IMG/VR virus record: IMGVR_UViG_3300049460_000128
Span: 62,001 to 126,000 of that record
Length of the DNA stretch: 64,000 nt
Strand: one strand, 5' to 3'
A program made the translations under genes and the position numbers. This document shows, one piece after another, positions 1-10,270 of the stretch. The notes under the pieces are model-generated. The model was not told where the DNA came from, did not search any database, and was given only the letters and a program-made list of their open reading frames with translations. The stretch's first letter is position 1; the number at the start of each line of letters is the position of its first letter.

Positions 1-91
1 TTCGGTACTGAAGGCGTTAAAGTCGATCATTGCTATCCTGGGAAATAATAATATGTTTTATTTATCAATTGAACTGGTAGTTCTACGGATT

Positions 92-1675
92 TCACATAAT
101 TGCAAGAGGCATTGAGTCATCATCTTCTGGACTGACAATCTCTTTCAAGCTTTCGCTGTAATCTTCGTTAAGCCAACCAATAATAGCATCAAGAATACGT
201 ACCACCAATAAGGTGGCTGAAATCAAATCATCATGTTCGCCACTCTTAGCCGCATAGCTGGCGCCGCTACTTACGAAGTTCTTGAATTGACGAATCAGTG
301 ATTGACTGTTGACTTGCATACGGCCACTTTCCATCAATGATTTCAGCTTACTGCATGCACTCAGTTTCTTCGCATTGCTGGTGTTCAGACCCTTGCGGAA
401 ACGACCACGACCCTGTCCAGCCACACGTTTTTCACTCACAAAGATACCTGGGAAGTTATGCTCACCCGTATCTTCAATGATTTGCAGTACAGCTTCGCCG
501 ATACTGTTGTTTTCAACAGTCCAGAATATCTCAGGCTCTCCTTGTTGTTCTGGATTCTCCAGCAGACTTTGATTCAACATCAACAAGGTTTGCATGAGAA
601 TTTTGATCTGCCCTCGTGGTGGAGTTTTGTTGTGCTGCCACTCAGCAACTTGAATCATTTCAGGTACTTGAAATACCTGAATAGCCGCATAGTCACCACC
701 TGTACCCAAACATGGATCCAATCCCAACAGGAAGGTCTTATTTGGTTCAGGCTCGCAGAACCAACGTACTTGACCGGTATAGAATTCTGGTTCGCTGTAA
801 CGCAGTTGCACCAATGTCAGAGCATCAATTAAGGTCTCGTCATCTGATACGAATTCGCATTCAAATTCCTGTTGGAATCGTGCGGCACCCAAACTGGCGC
901 GGAATGGTGCAGCCCATGCTTCATCTCGATCTGGGTGACGATCCCACTTGACCTTGATAGGAAAGAAACCATTTGCACCTTCGCCATTTGGCAGCTGATT
1001 ACCAAATTCGTCAGTATTTTGATTTGCTCCACGCCAGATCTTAGCAAATTGGTCTTCGTCATTCTTTGGCGTTGATGTGATAATGCAGCCACCACCAGTA
1101 GCCAGAACAGGCTGAATAGCAGTCCAGAATTCGTTTGCCATACTTGGACGCACGAATGCAAACTCGTCGCAGTACAGAAGGGTAATGGACAGACCACGAC
1201 CAGCATCGGCGGTGGTTGCACGCGCAGTAATGGCCGAACCATTGTCGAATGAGATGGTACCTTTGTTGTACTCCATCACACCAGCTCGTAAATGGTTTGG
1301 GCATTCCTCGTAGCCGTATCGAATACGGTCCATAATCTCCATAGCCTGATTGAACTTATTAGCAGCAATCAGAATCTTGGTGTCTGGGACAAACATTGCA
1401 CGCCACAGCAGATATGCAGCAGCCACGGTAGTTTTACCCATTTGTCGTCCAGTCAATGATACACAGAAGCGATGATTGTGGTACGCTTCAATCATCTCGT
1501 GCTGGAATGGATACAACACGAGTGGAATAGAGCCCTTGATTGGGTGCTGAACTTTCAGGAAATTCTCGATGAAATAAAGTGGATCATCCAGGCATTTTTC
1601 CAGTTCTTCTCGTTGTGTTTTGGTGAAAGGAACCTTACTGTGTCCTTTCTTGGTGAGTTGATACTCGTTAGCCAT
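92..1675 (-). CDS. terL: Terminase large subunit (T4 gp17-like)
   Basis: Walker A GRQMGKTT, Walker B LLYCDEFAF, TSTP coupling motif, C-terminal RNase H nuclease (GLDPCLG...HDDL). Confidence 0.95.
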   Translation of the reverse strand: MANEYQLTKKGHSKVPFTKTQREELEKCLDDPLYFIENFLKVQHPIKGSIPLVLYPFQHEMIEAYHNHRFCVSLTGRQMGKTTVAAAYLLWRAMFVPDTKILIAANKFNQAMEIMDRIRYGYEECPNHLRAGVMEYNKGTISFDNGSAITARATTADAGRGLSITLLYCDEFAFVRPSMANEFWTAIQPVLATGGGCIITSTPKNDEDQFAKIWRGANQNTDEFGNQLPNGEGANGFFPIKVKWDRHPDRDEAWAAPFRASLGAARFQQEFECEFVSDDETLIDALTLVQLRYSEPEFYTGQVRWFCEPEPNKTFLLGLDPCLGTGGDYAAIQVFQVPEMIQVAEWQHNKTPPRGQIKILMQTLLMLNQSLLENPEQQGEPEIFWTVENNSIGEAVLQIIEDTGEHNFPGIFVSEKRVAGQGRGRFRKGLNTSNAKKLSACSKLKSLMESGRMQVNSQSLIRQFKNFVSSGASYAAKSGEHDDLISATLLVVRILDAIIGWLNEDYSESLKEIVSPEDDDSMPLAIM

Positions 1676-1700
1676 AAAGCCTCACAAATCAATAGTCGTT

Positions 1701-1725
1701 AAAAAAGGCATCATGGATGCCTTTT
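1701..1725. terminator. Rho-independent terminator (bidirectional-looking)
   Basis: aaaaaa-GGCATC-atg-GATGCC-tttt. Confidence 0.7.
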
Positions 1726-1743
1726 CATATGGTTGACTTGTAT

Positions 1744-2670
1744 TTAGTCGCTCAATTTCGAGATATACTCAGTCAAGCTAGATTTGAAGTCATTGATCAA
1801 GCCGTTGAAGTGTTGGGCAGCAACCTTACCCTCAACATCGCCATCTTTCATAGCCTGGTTGTACATGCTTTGGATCTTGGTCTTCATCGCGGTCAAGTCA
1901 GCATTCAAGCTGCTAAGGGCGTCAACTGATTGTTGTGATGCACCGAAGAAATTATTCACGGCCACATCTTCGTCAATTGATTGCTCACCGCTTTCCATGA
2001 CGTGCTGGTAGTAAGCCATGACCTTCTGTTGGTCTTCAGGCGTGTTGCCTTCAGTCTCCAGCTTGTACAAGAAGTCAGTTGCATCAGTACCGCGCAGCAT
2101 CACCGAGGTGCCTTCTTGTGTATCGTTAATCTGGATGTTACCCAGCGCATCAGTCGTGAATGTGAAGCGGCTATCAGTTGGCATATCAAAGAATTCGTTC
2201 AATTCTTCTTCATCGCCATCCGAGGTTAGATCTTCACTAAGCTTCATACTCAGTTGATCGACGATCTTGGCACACATATCAATAGCTTGCGACTCATCAA
2301 CTGCTTGGCCGGTCGCTTGCTTGACCAATTTCATGCAAGCTTGTGCGCTCTTGAGTCGAACATTACCAACAGCGATGTCTGAATCGGAAATGCCGATGTT
2401 GTTCAGAATGCCATGTACTTTGTCCAATACATCATTGGAGATGATGGAACCCATGTCTGCACGTTCGTCCACTTCTTCAGCAGTATCGTCAACCATTGGG
2501 TTGTCACCCATGTTGTTGGTGATACGATCTGGCATATCAGCACGACCTTTGAAGGTAAAGGAACCAATAGTGTCAGCGCCTGCTGCCTTTGGTGGGGCCA
2601 GTGTGGTGTTCTCCTCAACCTTGCCATAATTGAGCAAGCGTGCGAGCAGGGAAGTATTAATTTCACTCAT
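1744..2670 (-). CDS. Hypothetical acidic protein, probably virion/head-associated
   Basis: 308-aa ORF co-oriented in the late head/tail block; acidic; no family recognised. Confidence 0.7.
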   Translation of the reverse strand: MSEINTSLLARLLNYGKVEENTTLAPPKAAGADTIGSFTFKGRADMPDRITNNMGDNPMVDDTAEEVDERADMGSIISNDVLDKVHGILNNIGISDSDIAVGNVRLKSAQACMKLVKQATGQAVDESQAIDMCAKIVDQLSMKLSEDLTSDGDEEELNEFFDMPTDSRFTFTTDALGNIQINDTQEGTSVMLRGTDATDFLYKLETEGNTPEDQQKVMAYYQHVMESGEQSIDEDVAVNNFFGASQQSVDALSSLNADLTAMKTKIQSMYNQAMKDGDVEGKVAAQHFNGLINDFKSSLTEYISKLSD

Positions 2671-2672
2671 GT

Positions 2673-3443
2673 TTAACCTTTACGAATAGTGTTTGGTGTA
2701 GACGCCTTGACAACTTGTTTGCCACCCTTAGTCAAGTATGTGTGCTTGACGGTGTCGCCGGAATTGTCATAGTTGCCCGTTGGTGCTGGCTCTTTGGCAT
2801 CAGCATCTTGTTTCTTGGTTTTTGGTACTTTGATATCACGATTGAAATCATCAGCCTTGACATCGTTCTTTGGCATATCCATCCAGGCGAACAATGGAGC
2901 GGGCGCGTCAACTTGTTCTGGTTGGTGTTCTGCTTGCAGAGTTTTCAAGTATGAGAGCAGGCGATTGTTGTAGTCATTACCATAATAGTTTTGACCATCG
3001 GCTGTTTGCTCTGCGTCTGAATACACGGAGTCAGTGCTCAAAAGAGGCTCGCGTTCCAGTCCTTTCTTTTCAGCATTGGCTTCAAGCTCGCGCTCTTGTG
3101 CAATGCGGTTGCCTTCGATTTCAATTGGTTCGTTATCGCAACGAACGACTACATATTTTTCAGGAATATTCATGATGTTACGAATATCCTGTTGCATGAT
3201 GTACGAACTGCATGGCAAGGTGGTTGCCACGTCGATCATATACACTTCAACATTTTGCAGGTCTGAGAAGTCCAGAGGATTCTTTTGCAAAATGGAACGT
3301 GATGGTTTTGAGATGCTCAACAGTCTGAATTTCGTCAAATACGCGGCGATCTGAGCAACAATTTCAGAAGTCAGTGGCGATGCTGTTTTGATACGATAGT
3401 TATAGACCTTTTGGCTCTCGGCTAAGTATTTTTTAAAATCCAT
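2673..3443 (-). CDS. Hypothetical protein, probably virion-associated
   Basis: 256-aa ORF with GGAG RBS and upstream TAAATA; starts MDFKKYLAE (T4 capsid-targeting-like). Confidence 0.75.
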   Translation of the reverse strand: MDFKKYLAESQKVYNYRIKTASPLTSEIVAQIAAYLTKFRLLSISKPSRSILQKNPLDFSDLQNVEVYMIDVATTLPCSSYIMQQDIRNIMNIPEKYVVVRCDNEPIEIEGNRIAQERELEANAEKKGLEREPLLSTDSVYSDAEQTADGQNYYGNDYNNRLLSYLKTLQAEHQPEQVDAPAPLFAWMDMPKNDVKADDFNRDIKVPKTKKQDADAKEPAPTGNYDNSGDTVKHTYLTKGGKQVVKASTPNTIRKG

Positions 3444-3532
3444 GGAGTGCTCCCGTCAATAATCCTATTTAGCGTACCAGACGGAATGAAAGTATGTGTT
3501 AACGATATGAGCCAAGTGTCATACTCCAATAG

Positions 3533-3554
3533 AAAAAGGGCCCTAGGGCCCTTC
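3533..3554. terminator. Terminator hairpin
   Basis: aaaaa-GGGCCC-ta-GGGCCC-tt palindrome downstream of the 3574-4092 gene. Confidence 0.6.
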
Positions 3555-3573
3555 TCGTCAATCCTGTGACCTT

Positions 3574-4092
3574 TTACTGGCCGCGAATCTTTTTGATCAG
3601 ATCATTTCGATCGGCAATGATTACCGCTTCTTGCTCAATTATCTCGTTACCTTCACCTGACTTTTGACGCAACAACGCTTTCAGTTTCTCGTTTTCGAGT
3701 TTAAGCTTCTGTGCTTTCAATTGCGCATCACGCTTTGAATTCTTGGCATCCAGGGCCAATTTGTACATACCAGCTGCGGTCTCAAATATACGACCAGCTG
3801 AACGAGTGTCAACGTTATAGCCAAGATCCATCAAGTCTTGTGCATGTTGGAGTGTCTGGCCATAAATGTCATCAGCACTATCGGCGTGATCTTTTGCTTC
3901 GACGACGTCTGGGTCTTGACGGACTGTAATTGGAGATTCCAAGGCAGCAGTCAAAGCATCAACGTCAGCATTACCTTCTGCTTCCAGCAATTCATCCTCG
4001 GTGAGCGAATCATGATCATCCGTTTCACGAGGAGCCTTTAACAGATCTTCCAGTGTTGGCAAGTCCAAGGCTTCTTGAATAGTTCTACTCAT
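3574..4092 (-). CDS. Putative terminase small subunit (gp16-like)
   Basis: 172 aa, helical/coiled-coil centre and C-terminal 'IIADRNDLIKKI'; lies near TerL; product is an inference. Confidence 0.45.
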   Translation of the reverse strand: MSRTIQEALDLPTLEDLLKAPRETDDHDSLTEDELLEAEGNADVDALTAALESPITVRQDPDVVEAKDHADSADDIYGQTLQHAQDLMDLGYNVDTRSAGRIFETAAGMYKLALDAKNSKRDAQLKAQKLKLENEKLKALLRQKSGEGNEIIEQEAVIIADRNDLIKKIRGQ

Positions 4093-4535
4093 TTTCGTTT
4101 ATTTCCTTTGGCAAAGAGCTGATCTTCAGTTAACACACGGAATGTCAGGCCATGCTTGGCACACCATGCAGCAGCGGCTTGCCATTTGGCTTTGTTTACC
4201 GCCAATGTTAATTTATCTCGCTTGCTCTTGGCACGATCGTCATATGCTTCCTTGGCGGGTTTGATCTCAATCAATTCAGCACGACGATTACCAGTCTTAT
4301 CTGTGAATACAACCATGAGATCTGGAATGTAGAAAGTCCATTTGTTCGTCAACGGATGCAAGTAAGGAATGCTGAGACTCTCACTCGCCCATTGAGTTAC
4401 ATTTGGATGTGCATCCAGAACACGGAATACCGACAATTCCCAGCTTGACCTAAAAGTGATAGGCAGCGTTCCAATATACTTGGCTGCATTTACTGGTTGA
4501 TAATGCCCTTGACTAAACTTACTCATTATGCCCAA
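4089..4535 (-). CDS. gp4: Head completion nuclease (T4 gp4 / TnsA-like)
   Basis: SKFSQGHYQPVN..KY.G...FRSSWE...WASES..IPY...YIPD...LIEIKP signature. Confidence 0.9.
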   Translation of the reverse strand: MGIMSKFSQGHYQPVNAAKYIGTLPITFRSSWELSVFRVLDAHPNVTQWASESLSIPYLHPLTNKWTFYIPDLMVVFTDKTGNRRAELIEIKPAKEAYDDRAKSKRDKLTLAVNKAKWQAAAAWCAKHGLTFRVLTEDQLFAKGNKRK

Positions 4536-5863
4536 TCCGAATAATCATCGCCGTCACTAATGTCGGGCAAATCGATTGTACCAACTGCACTATCTTGTAA
4601 TACTGAAGTAGAGTATGAAGAGAATGCAGATGATATTGAACTACCATTTGATATCTTTTGCGCTTGACCTTTGGCAATATCATACAACGATGAACTAACG
4701 CCAGTACTCGAACCTGGGTTACTTGCCACTTTACCGATAAGGGTATTCAGGGCCCCAGGGATCTTACTGGTTACTTGATTCAAAGTGGACGTAGGCACGC
4801 CAGGAATAGACAAGCCATTAGTCAATGACGAGATCGCATTGCCGAAGTTCATATTACCAAACGAACTCAACACAGACGAGGTATTACCTGGAAGCTTTGA
4901 CAGCAATGCTGTATTGCTACCAAGCGCACTTGTGATTGATGAAAATGCGGAGGTCAACCCAGCATTTTTGTTTATCGTATTACCAACAGCTGAAAAGTTA
5001 TTGAATGCGTTTGAAATTGATTTGGTTTCAAACGGCAAATTTGACGAACGAGTAGCCCCACGAGTCTCGCTCGTGGGCTCGTAAACGTCACCAACGAAGT
5101 TACGATCAGTCAAAAGACTCTTAATGAAGTCAGAGGCTTTCGCATCTGTCATTGAGACTGGAACGTTGTCGTTGTTATAGATGATTGTTTCGTACTCCAA
5201 TGTCATTGTAATGCCATGACCATGCACACTGCCGTAATCCATTTCGTCCGGGTCGAAACTGGAGATTTTTGGATTGATCAAATCAAATTGCGTGTATGTA
5301 CCATTCGAGAACTGATAGCACTCGATTTTAGAGAAGAAACCCTTCGGCGAATTTCTAGTCGCCTCAGTTTGCTCTTCGTTTGGAAGAGTTAGGCCAAACC
5401 CTGTACCACCGGTGTTCTTGAAGTCAGTGTTTGTGAGATCATAATCCCAATCATTAGCAGTGGTCTTGCGGAAATCACCAAAGTAGAATGCCGCATATTC
5501 GTGCCACATTTGCATGACCATCTGATCAGAGGTATCATGAAACTCAATCTTGACTGCACCAAATTTGATATTGGTTTGAACTAAACGTTTTTTGTTATAC
5601 TGATTAAGCGATTGCATATCAGCAGAAATACGTGGGCGATCAAACCGCTTAACGGCAAACTGAAGGCCAGTTTCCCATTTAGGCGGAGTGTTGGTTGTCG
5701 TCCCACGCACAAAGCGGATCAAGAATAGGAACTGAGGACGTGGTGCATTGAGGGCATACTTTCCGCCATCAAAGCGATCACCATCGAATCCAAAAATTCG
5801 ATAAGCTTGTCCGGGGCTACGCTGAAATAGCGGTGCCCCTTTGTCGTTCGTAGTCTTGGCCAT
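4526..5863 (-). CDS. Baseplate tail-tube initiator/cap (gp54/gp48-like)
   Basis: Tube-like N-terminal half (RPRISADMQSLNQYNKKR...IEFHD...LDY..) directly after the tube gene; S/N/G-rich C-terminus. Confidence 0.6.
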   Translation of the reverse strand: MAKTTNDKGAPLFQRSPGQAYRIFGFDGDRFDGGKYALNAPRPQFLFLIRFVRGTTTNTPPKWETGLQFAVKRFDRPRISADMQSLNQYNKKRLVQTNIKFGAVKIEFHDTSDQMVMQMWHEYAAFYFGDFRKTTANDWDYDLTNTDFKNTGGTGFGLTLPNEEQTEATRNSPKGFFSKIECYQFSNGTYTQFDLINPKISSFDPDEMDYGSVHGHGITMTLEYETIIYNNDNVPVSMTDAKASDFIKSLLTDRNFVGDVYEPTSETRGATRSSNLPFETKSISNAFNNFSAVGNTINKNAGLTSAFSSITSALGSNTALLSKLPGNTSSVLSSFGNMNFGNAISSLTNGLSIPGVPTSTLNQVTSKIPGALNTLIGKVASNPGSSTGVSSSLYDIAKGQAQKISNGSSISSAFSSYSTSVLQDSAVGTIDLPDISDGDDYSDWA

Positions 5864-5866
5864 CTA

Positions 5867-6454
5867 TTAAACGCCCGAACCTGGCAACAGACTCGAAGCA
5901 ACGTTTGCTGGCATAAGTTCGCCTGCCTGGGTTGCGATATCGTAACGAATATCCAGATCAATGTGCATAGCATCGCTGCTGCTGTAATCCAGATCGCCAT
6001 ACGAAACGCCAGTCAGGAAGCAACCTTCCAGGTACCATTGTTCGATAACCGTATCATTACCACCGTCCATCTGTTCGATGTACATGTTGAACTTGTAGTT
6101 CACACCAGCCAATGGGCTGGTCTGCTCAAAGTGGTTCTGTTGTTTCTGAACTTGGTGACCCACCAATTTGGAAACACTGTTGGTTACGTCGTCGCGAACG
6201 GTGATCTTTACTGGATCCCATTTTGGCTTAGACATGTAGTACGCGATCGAGTTGTAGCTCTCGACCTCTTTTTCCGCGTACTTGACGCCAGGGCGGCTGG
6301 CAGAAATGACCTGTTGGGTCAATTCAATACCACCTGCAATCGGACCAAAGTTGATCACGCGAACACGGAACTTATATTTTACTTTTGGCTGAAGGATGCT
6401 ACCACGACCGGTACCACCGCCCAACGGAACGCCAAATTTACTCAAAACCGTCAT
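5867..6454 (-). CDS. gp19: Tail tube protein (gp19-like)
   Basis: QPKVKYKFRV...W.L.GCF...YGDLDYSSSD...I.YD pattern, 195 aa, near the sheath gene. Confidence 0.85.
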   Translation of the reverse strand: MTVLSKFGVPLGGGTGRGSILQPKVKYKFRVRVINFGPIAGGIELTQQVISASRPGVKYAEKEVESYNSIAYYMSKPKWDPVKITVRDDVTNSVSKLVGHQVQKQQNHFEQTSPLAGVNYKFNMYIEQMDGGNDTVIEQWYLEGCFLTGVSYGDLDYSSSDAMHIDLDIRYDIATQAGELMPANVASSLLPGSGV

Positions 6455-6549
6455 ATGAAATACTCCATAATGAAACTAATGTAGTATTTATGAATGGCGA
6501 TGAATCAGTAAAATGACAATATTTATATGACACCAGAACAGTGCCATGG

Positions 6550-6786
6550 AAGTTGTCAGTATGCCGAATGCTTCAATTTAAAGCTAATCAATGCTTTTCG
6601 GGCACGGTCGAGTCCAACCGGCATACTGACTTTGCTCTAGCCTCTTTCACCTGTCATTTCAGGGACAATCGATACCCCTCGCTGCGACGCAAGGCCTACC
6701 TTTATGTGAGTCGCACCCACCTCCCAGTCTCCGGTATCGATCTTATGGGTTCAGGAATAATTCCTTGCCGGCCACCCTTACGGATA
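6550..6786 (-). ncRNA. Candidate structured non-coding RNA
   Basis: 12-bp perfect stem 6555-6566/6619-6630; 9-bp stem 6668-6676/6733-6741 with nested 6-bp stem 6683-6688/6710-6715; GTAA tetraloop on the minus strand; upstream sigma70-like promoter. Confidence 0.5.
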
Positions 6787-6791
6787 AAAAC

Positions 6792-6819
6792 ATTATACAT
6801 GCTGGACGCCATCCTGCAA
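6792..6819 (-). promoter_or_regulatory. Sigma70-like promoter
   Basis: Minus strand TTGCAG-16 nt-TATAAT. Confidence 0.55.
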
Positions 6820-6975
6820 TTATTTTCTTGGCTTCTGGCTATGGTTCAATTCTATGATCTCCAGAAACACCAAGTACGGATTGTCCGATCGCGGTGGTTC
6901 ACTGGGAGAACGATCTGGTGATAGGCGAGCTGGACGAATACGCCCATACTTGCGGGTTTTTCGCAAGAAGTCGCC

Positions 6976-7197
6976 ATGACCCTTAAAGAGACGTTCGCAA
7001 TAGAAAGTATACGATTTCACATGCCTGACACTGACATGTTGGCGATTGAATCTATAGCCCAAAGACTCCAGGTATTTGGTCCACTTTTGACGAACCGTAT
7101 GTGCATTACCACTATCAAGGAACACGGTCTTCTTCAATGTAAGATTGTGGATGCGGATTTTGAAATTACGAATGGGCATCTGGCTTCTCTCCCTTAA
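6976..7197 (+). CDS. Small hypothetical protein (strand uncertain; competes with 6820-7179 minus)
   Basis: 73-aa ORF converging on the 7305-7331 terminator. Confidence 0.3.
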   Translation: MTLKETFAIESIRFHMPDTDMLAIESIAQRLQVFGPLLTNRMCITTIKEHGLLQCKIVDADFEITNGHLASLP

Positions 7198-7304
7198 AAT
7201 AATGGTAGAGAGCGGATAAAAATTCAGACAAATGGAGTATCATCGTGACAGTATATTGAAAAGAGCCATGAAATCATAATTGATCTCAATACCATTTAGC
7301 CAAT

Positions 7305-7331
7305 AAAAAACCGCCCCTAAGAGCGGTTTTT
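7305..7331. terminator. Terminator after the tail sheath gene
   Basis: aaaaaaCCGC-ccctaaga-GCGGttttt. Confidence 0.7.
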
Positions 7332-7345
7332 CTGAGTGCTGACTA

Positions 7346-10210
7346 TTAGGTCAACGAATCGCCTGAGTTACGGATACGAACTGGCAAGTAGATGAACTCA
7401 ACCGACTTGATCGGTTGGATGTACATGTCACACCACAATTCGTTACGGTTACGACGTTCTGCGGTGTTGTTCGACGTATCGCAAACAACTGCGAAGTCTT
7501 CCAGGGCGCGCAGACCAACCAAACCAATCAGGAAGCGTTCGATAGTAGTCTTGAATGCATCACGAGTCTGCAAGTCATTCTGTTCGAACAAGAACGGCTT
7601 GGAGATATTGTCCAACTGGTAACGCAGGTAGTTGGCCAAACGAGCAACGTTGATACGATCCAAGGCGCTAGCAACTGGGCTCAAAGTCTTCTGTCCATAC
7701 ACTACCAGACCACGATTCGGGATGTAAGCAATCGGGTTGATCTTGTTCTGGTACAAGACGTCGCGCTGACCTTGGTTCAAGATTACTGGCTTGTATTCAC
7801 CTTCAGAAGTCAAGTAACCAACTGATGCTGCATTGGTAACCAAACCACGGTTGAAACCAGCAGGAGCGAACCACTGATAAGCAACTTGGTCATTGTACGC
7901 AATCGTACGCAGAGCAATGGTCGAAGGTGGGACCATAATTTCGGTACCATCAACGTTAGTGCTCAGACCCCATGGGTAATAGACACCCACGTTCGTGTTG
8001 CTAGAAGTCAAACCATCATCGCCGTTACTTGCGGCATTGTTGGCATTCGTTGCCCAACGTTGGATCGAAGTGCTGTCTGGTGTCAGACGTGCTGGGGTGT
8101 CACCAACAATGAACGAAACTTCTTTCTGGTCAGTGTTGAGGGTGATCATCTCATCGATCAGTTCTGGGTAGCCAGGAGCTGCCAACAGGTTGTAGTAAAC
8201 CATTTCCGAACGGATCTCTTGATTACCAGCCACCACCGCAGCCATAGCACGAACAACCATAGTACGCTGAGCTTTACGGCCCATGTATGGTGAACCGTCA
8301 ACTGCATTGCCGCTTGTGGTTACCCAACGACCAACATTGGTTACTGGTGGGAAGACAACAGTGTCCAGACCAACCGTGTAAGTGTTCAGCGAAAAGTCGG
8401 TGTTCGCATCGTAGCCACCTTCAGCGAAGTATGTGCCTTTCCATTCTTTGACGTTGTAGGTACCAAAGCGGGTGTTGAACAACAGAGTACCAGCCGAGTG
8501 TGTACGTGGATCAACGCAGTCTGGATCAACGAAGTTACTCAGAACCAGATCGTTTTCGCTTGTGCTGTTACGAACGTAGTCGATAGTTGCACCAGTGTAG
8601 TTCGGACCTGAGTCTTGACGTGCATCAGCAAACACGATGCCGTATGGTGTGGTTTGATCAGTATTGTCGATCAGAACCCAACGACGGGAGTTGGCTTGAT
8701 AGCGATACAGTTTTGGGTAGTTTTCCAGATCGCTGGAATCCAACCACAGATCGTTGTCAACCAGTGACGAACCATCCAATTGATAGTTTGGTGCCGAGCC
8801 AGCAATTTGCACGCCGTGCTTATCGGTCATTGGATACATCTTGCGATAACCCAACCACTGATCGCCATCACATACCATGATGTCAGCTTGGAAATTGGTG
8901 TTGAACCACATACGACCATCTACTGGGTCAGTGGAAGGTTCAACGTAGCTTTGTTCGTAAACCAACTGCGACCATGCACTACCTTGCCATACGCGCAATT
9001 GTTGACCAGCCAATGGATTTTGACTTGTGCCTTCAACGTTGTACTTAACGTAAACGGTGCCGTTAGTTGGTGTTGCGCCCAGGGCGGCGTTTGCGGCCAC
9101 ATCATCCGCGTACATTGGCGCATCAGCGACAACGAAAGCACCAACGGACGAGCTGTAGTATTTCACTACGAACTTAGTGCCGCTGTTAAGAGCTGTGGTC
9201 TTGATCCATACGTCACCAGAAATGCTTCCTTGAGGAACACGATTGTGGGTAGCATAAGTCAGTTTGACGCTTTTGGTGACGCCTGCTGACAACTGCATGG
9301 ATGCCAATGGGGTGCCGGTAACGTTCTGGAGTTCAACACTGTCCAGGATGAAGTTAAAACTGATACGACCAGCCGAGTCATTGGTTGCAATGATTTTATT
9401 GTTCAAGCTTGGTGCTGCTGCGATTGCGGCATTGATATCCGTAATGGCCTGTTGAACGCCGTTTGAAGTCAATACGATCACGACACCATTGATACTGAAC
9501 GAATCGTTTGGTGTGATGTTGGTGATACCCGTCGAGCCACGGATGATGTTGCGGGTCATCTTCCAGTTATTGGAACCAACCAGATACCACACGCCGTTCA
9601 ATTTCTCGAACATGCGGTTAGTGGCTTCAATGGTCACAACTGCGAAGTCGCCGTCTTCACCGAATGCAGCTTGTGGGAAACCAGTCGCGATGTCGTAGTT
9701 TGTTGCATCGCTTACAACCAAGATTGGTTGTTTCAGGAATGGGTCCAAGCTCGATGCGCCAGTGCTCTGGAACACACCAAACTGAGTGTTGACCAGATCC
9801 AGCCAGTAAGTACCGTTCAGTGGGGCACCACGTGGGGCTGAAACACTTGCATCCAGTTCTGCCAGATCGATGTCTGCACGAACCACGTATGCGGCGTTGT
9901 TGATACCCAGGAATTGGTATGCAGCGTGCAGACCATATTCATTAAGTTCATGGGCGTGAACTGGTGTACCTTGCACGGTGGCAAAGAATGGATCACCGAA
10001 TGTTTGATTCAATTCGCGTTGGCTGGTAGCCAGGTACAGCTTGCCGGCTTCACTTGGGACGGTGCCAGGAGCGATACCAACACCAGTTGGCGATGCTTTG
10101 TTATTGCGTGTTGCAAAAACGATCAATGGGACCGTGCCGGGACCGGCACTACCATAAATGGCTTCATTGATGATCTGTACATCTACGCCAGGTGAGACTA
10201 AAGTTGCCAT
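7346..10210 (-). CDS. gp18: Contractile tail sheath protein (gp18-like) with large internal insertion
   Basis: N-terminal MATLVSPGVDV; C-terminal WFAPAGFNRG...INPI...GQKTL...LDRINVARL...FEQND. Confidence 0.95.
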   Translation of the reverse strand: MATLVSPGVDVQIINEAIYGSAGPGTVPLIVFATRNNKASPTGVGIAPGTVPSEAGKLYLATSQRELNQTFGDPFFATVQGTPVHAHELNEYGLHAAYQFLGINNAAYVVRADIDLAELDASVSAPRGAPLNGTYWLDLVNTQFGVFQSTGASSLDPFLKQPILVVSDATNYDIATGFPQAAFGEDGDFAVVTIEATNRMFEKLNGVWYLVGSNNWKMTRNIIRGSTGITNITPNDSFSINGVVIVLTSNGVQQAITDINAAIAAAPSLNNKIIATNDSAGRISFNFILDSVELQNVTGTPLASMQLSAGVTKSVKLTYATHNRVPQGSISGDVWIKTTALNSGTKFVVKYYSSSVGAFVVADAPMYADDVAANAALGATPTNGTVYVKYNVEGTSQNPLAGQQLRVWQGSAWSQLVYEQSYVEPSTDPVDGRMWFNTNFQADIMVCDGDQWLGYRKMYPMTDKHGVQIAGSAPNYQLDGSSLVDNDLWLDSSDLENYPKLYRYQANSRRWVLIDNTDQTTPYGIVFADARQDSGPNYTGATIDYVRNSTSENDLVLSNFVDPDCVDPRTHSAGTLLFNTRFGTYNVKEWKGTYFAEGGYDANTDFSLNTYTVGLDTVVFPPVTNVGRWVTTSGNAVDGSPYMGRKAQRTMVVRAMAAVVAGNQEIRSEMVYYNLLAAPGYPELIDEMITLNTDQKEVSFIVGDTPARLTPDSTSIQRWATNANNAASNGDDGLTSSNTNVGVYYPWGLSTNVDGTEIMVPPSTIALRTIAYNDQVAYQWFAPAGFNRGLVTNAASVGYLTSEGEYKPVILNQGQRDVLYQNKINPIAYIPNRGLVVYGQKTLSPVASALDRINVARLANYLRYQLDNISKPFLFEQNDLQTRDAFKTTIERFLIGLVGLRALEDFAVVCDTSNNTAERRNRNELWCDMYIQPIKSVEFIYLPVRIRNSGDSLT

Positions 10211-10270
10211 AAGAATTCTCCTTAACTGCTTATTGGGAATATTTATTCACCAAGTGAGGATTCTTCGTAC

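Noticed and set aside
6550-6790. tmRNA, tRNA, hammerhead or OMEGA/HEARO identity for the structured region
   Set aside because: No T-loop/CCA end, no CUGAnGA/GAAA core, no adjacent IscB/HNH gene; kept only as an unnamed candidate
6820-7179. 119-aa minus-strand ORF as a real gene
   Set aside because: Low-complexity basic translation, no motif, overlaps the ncRNA promoter and competes with a plus-strand ORF; unresolved
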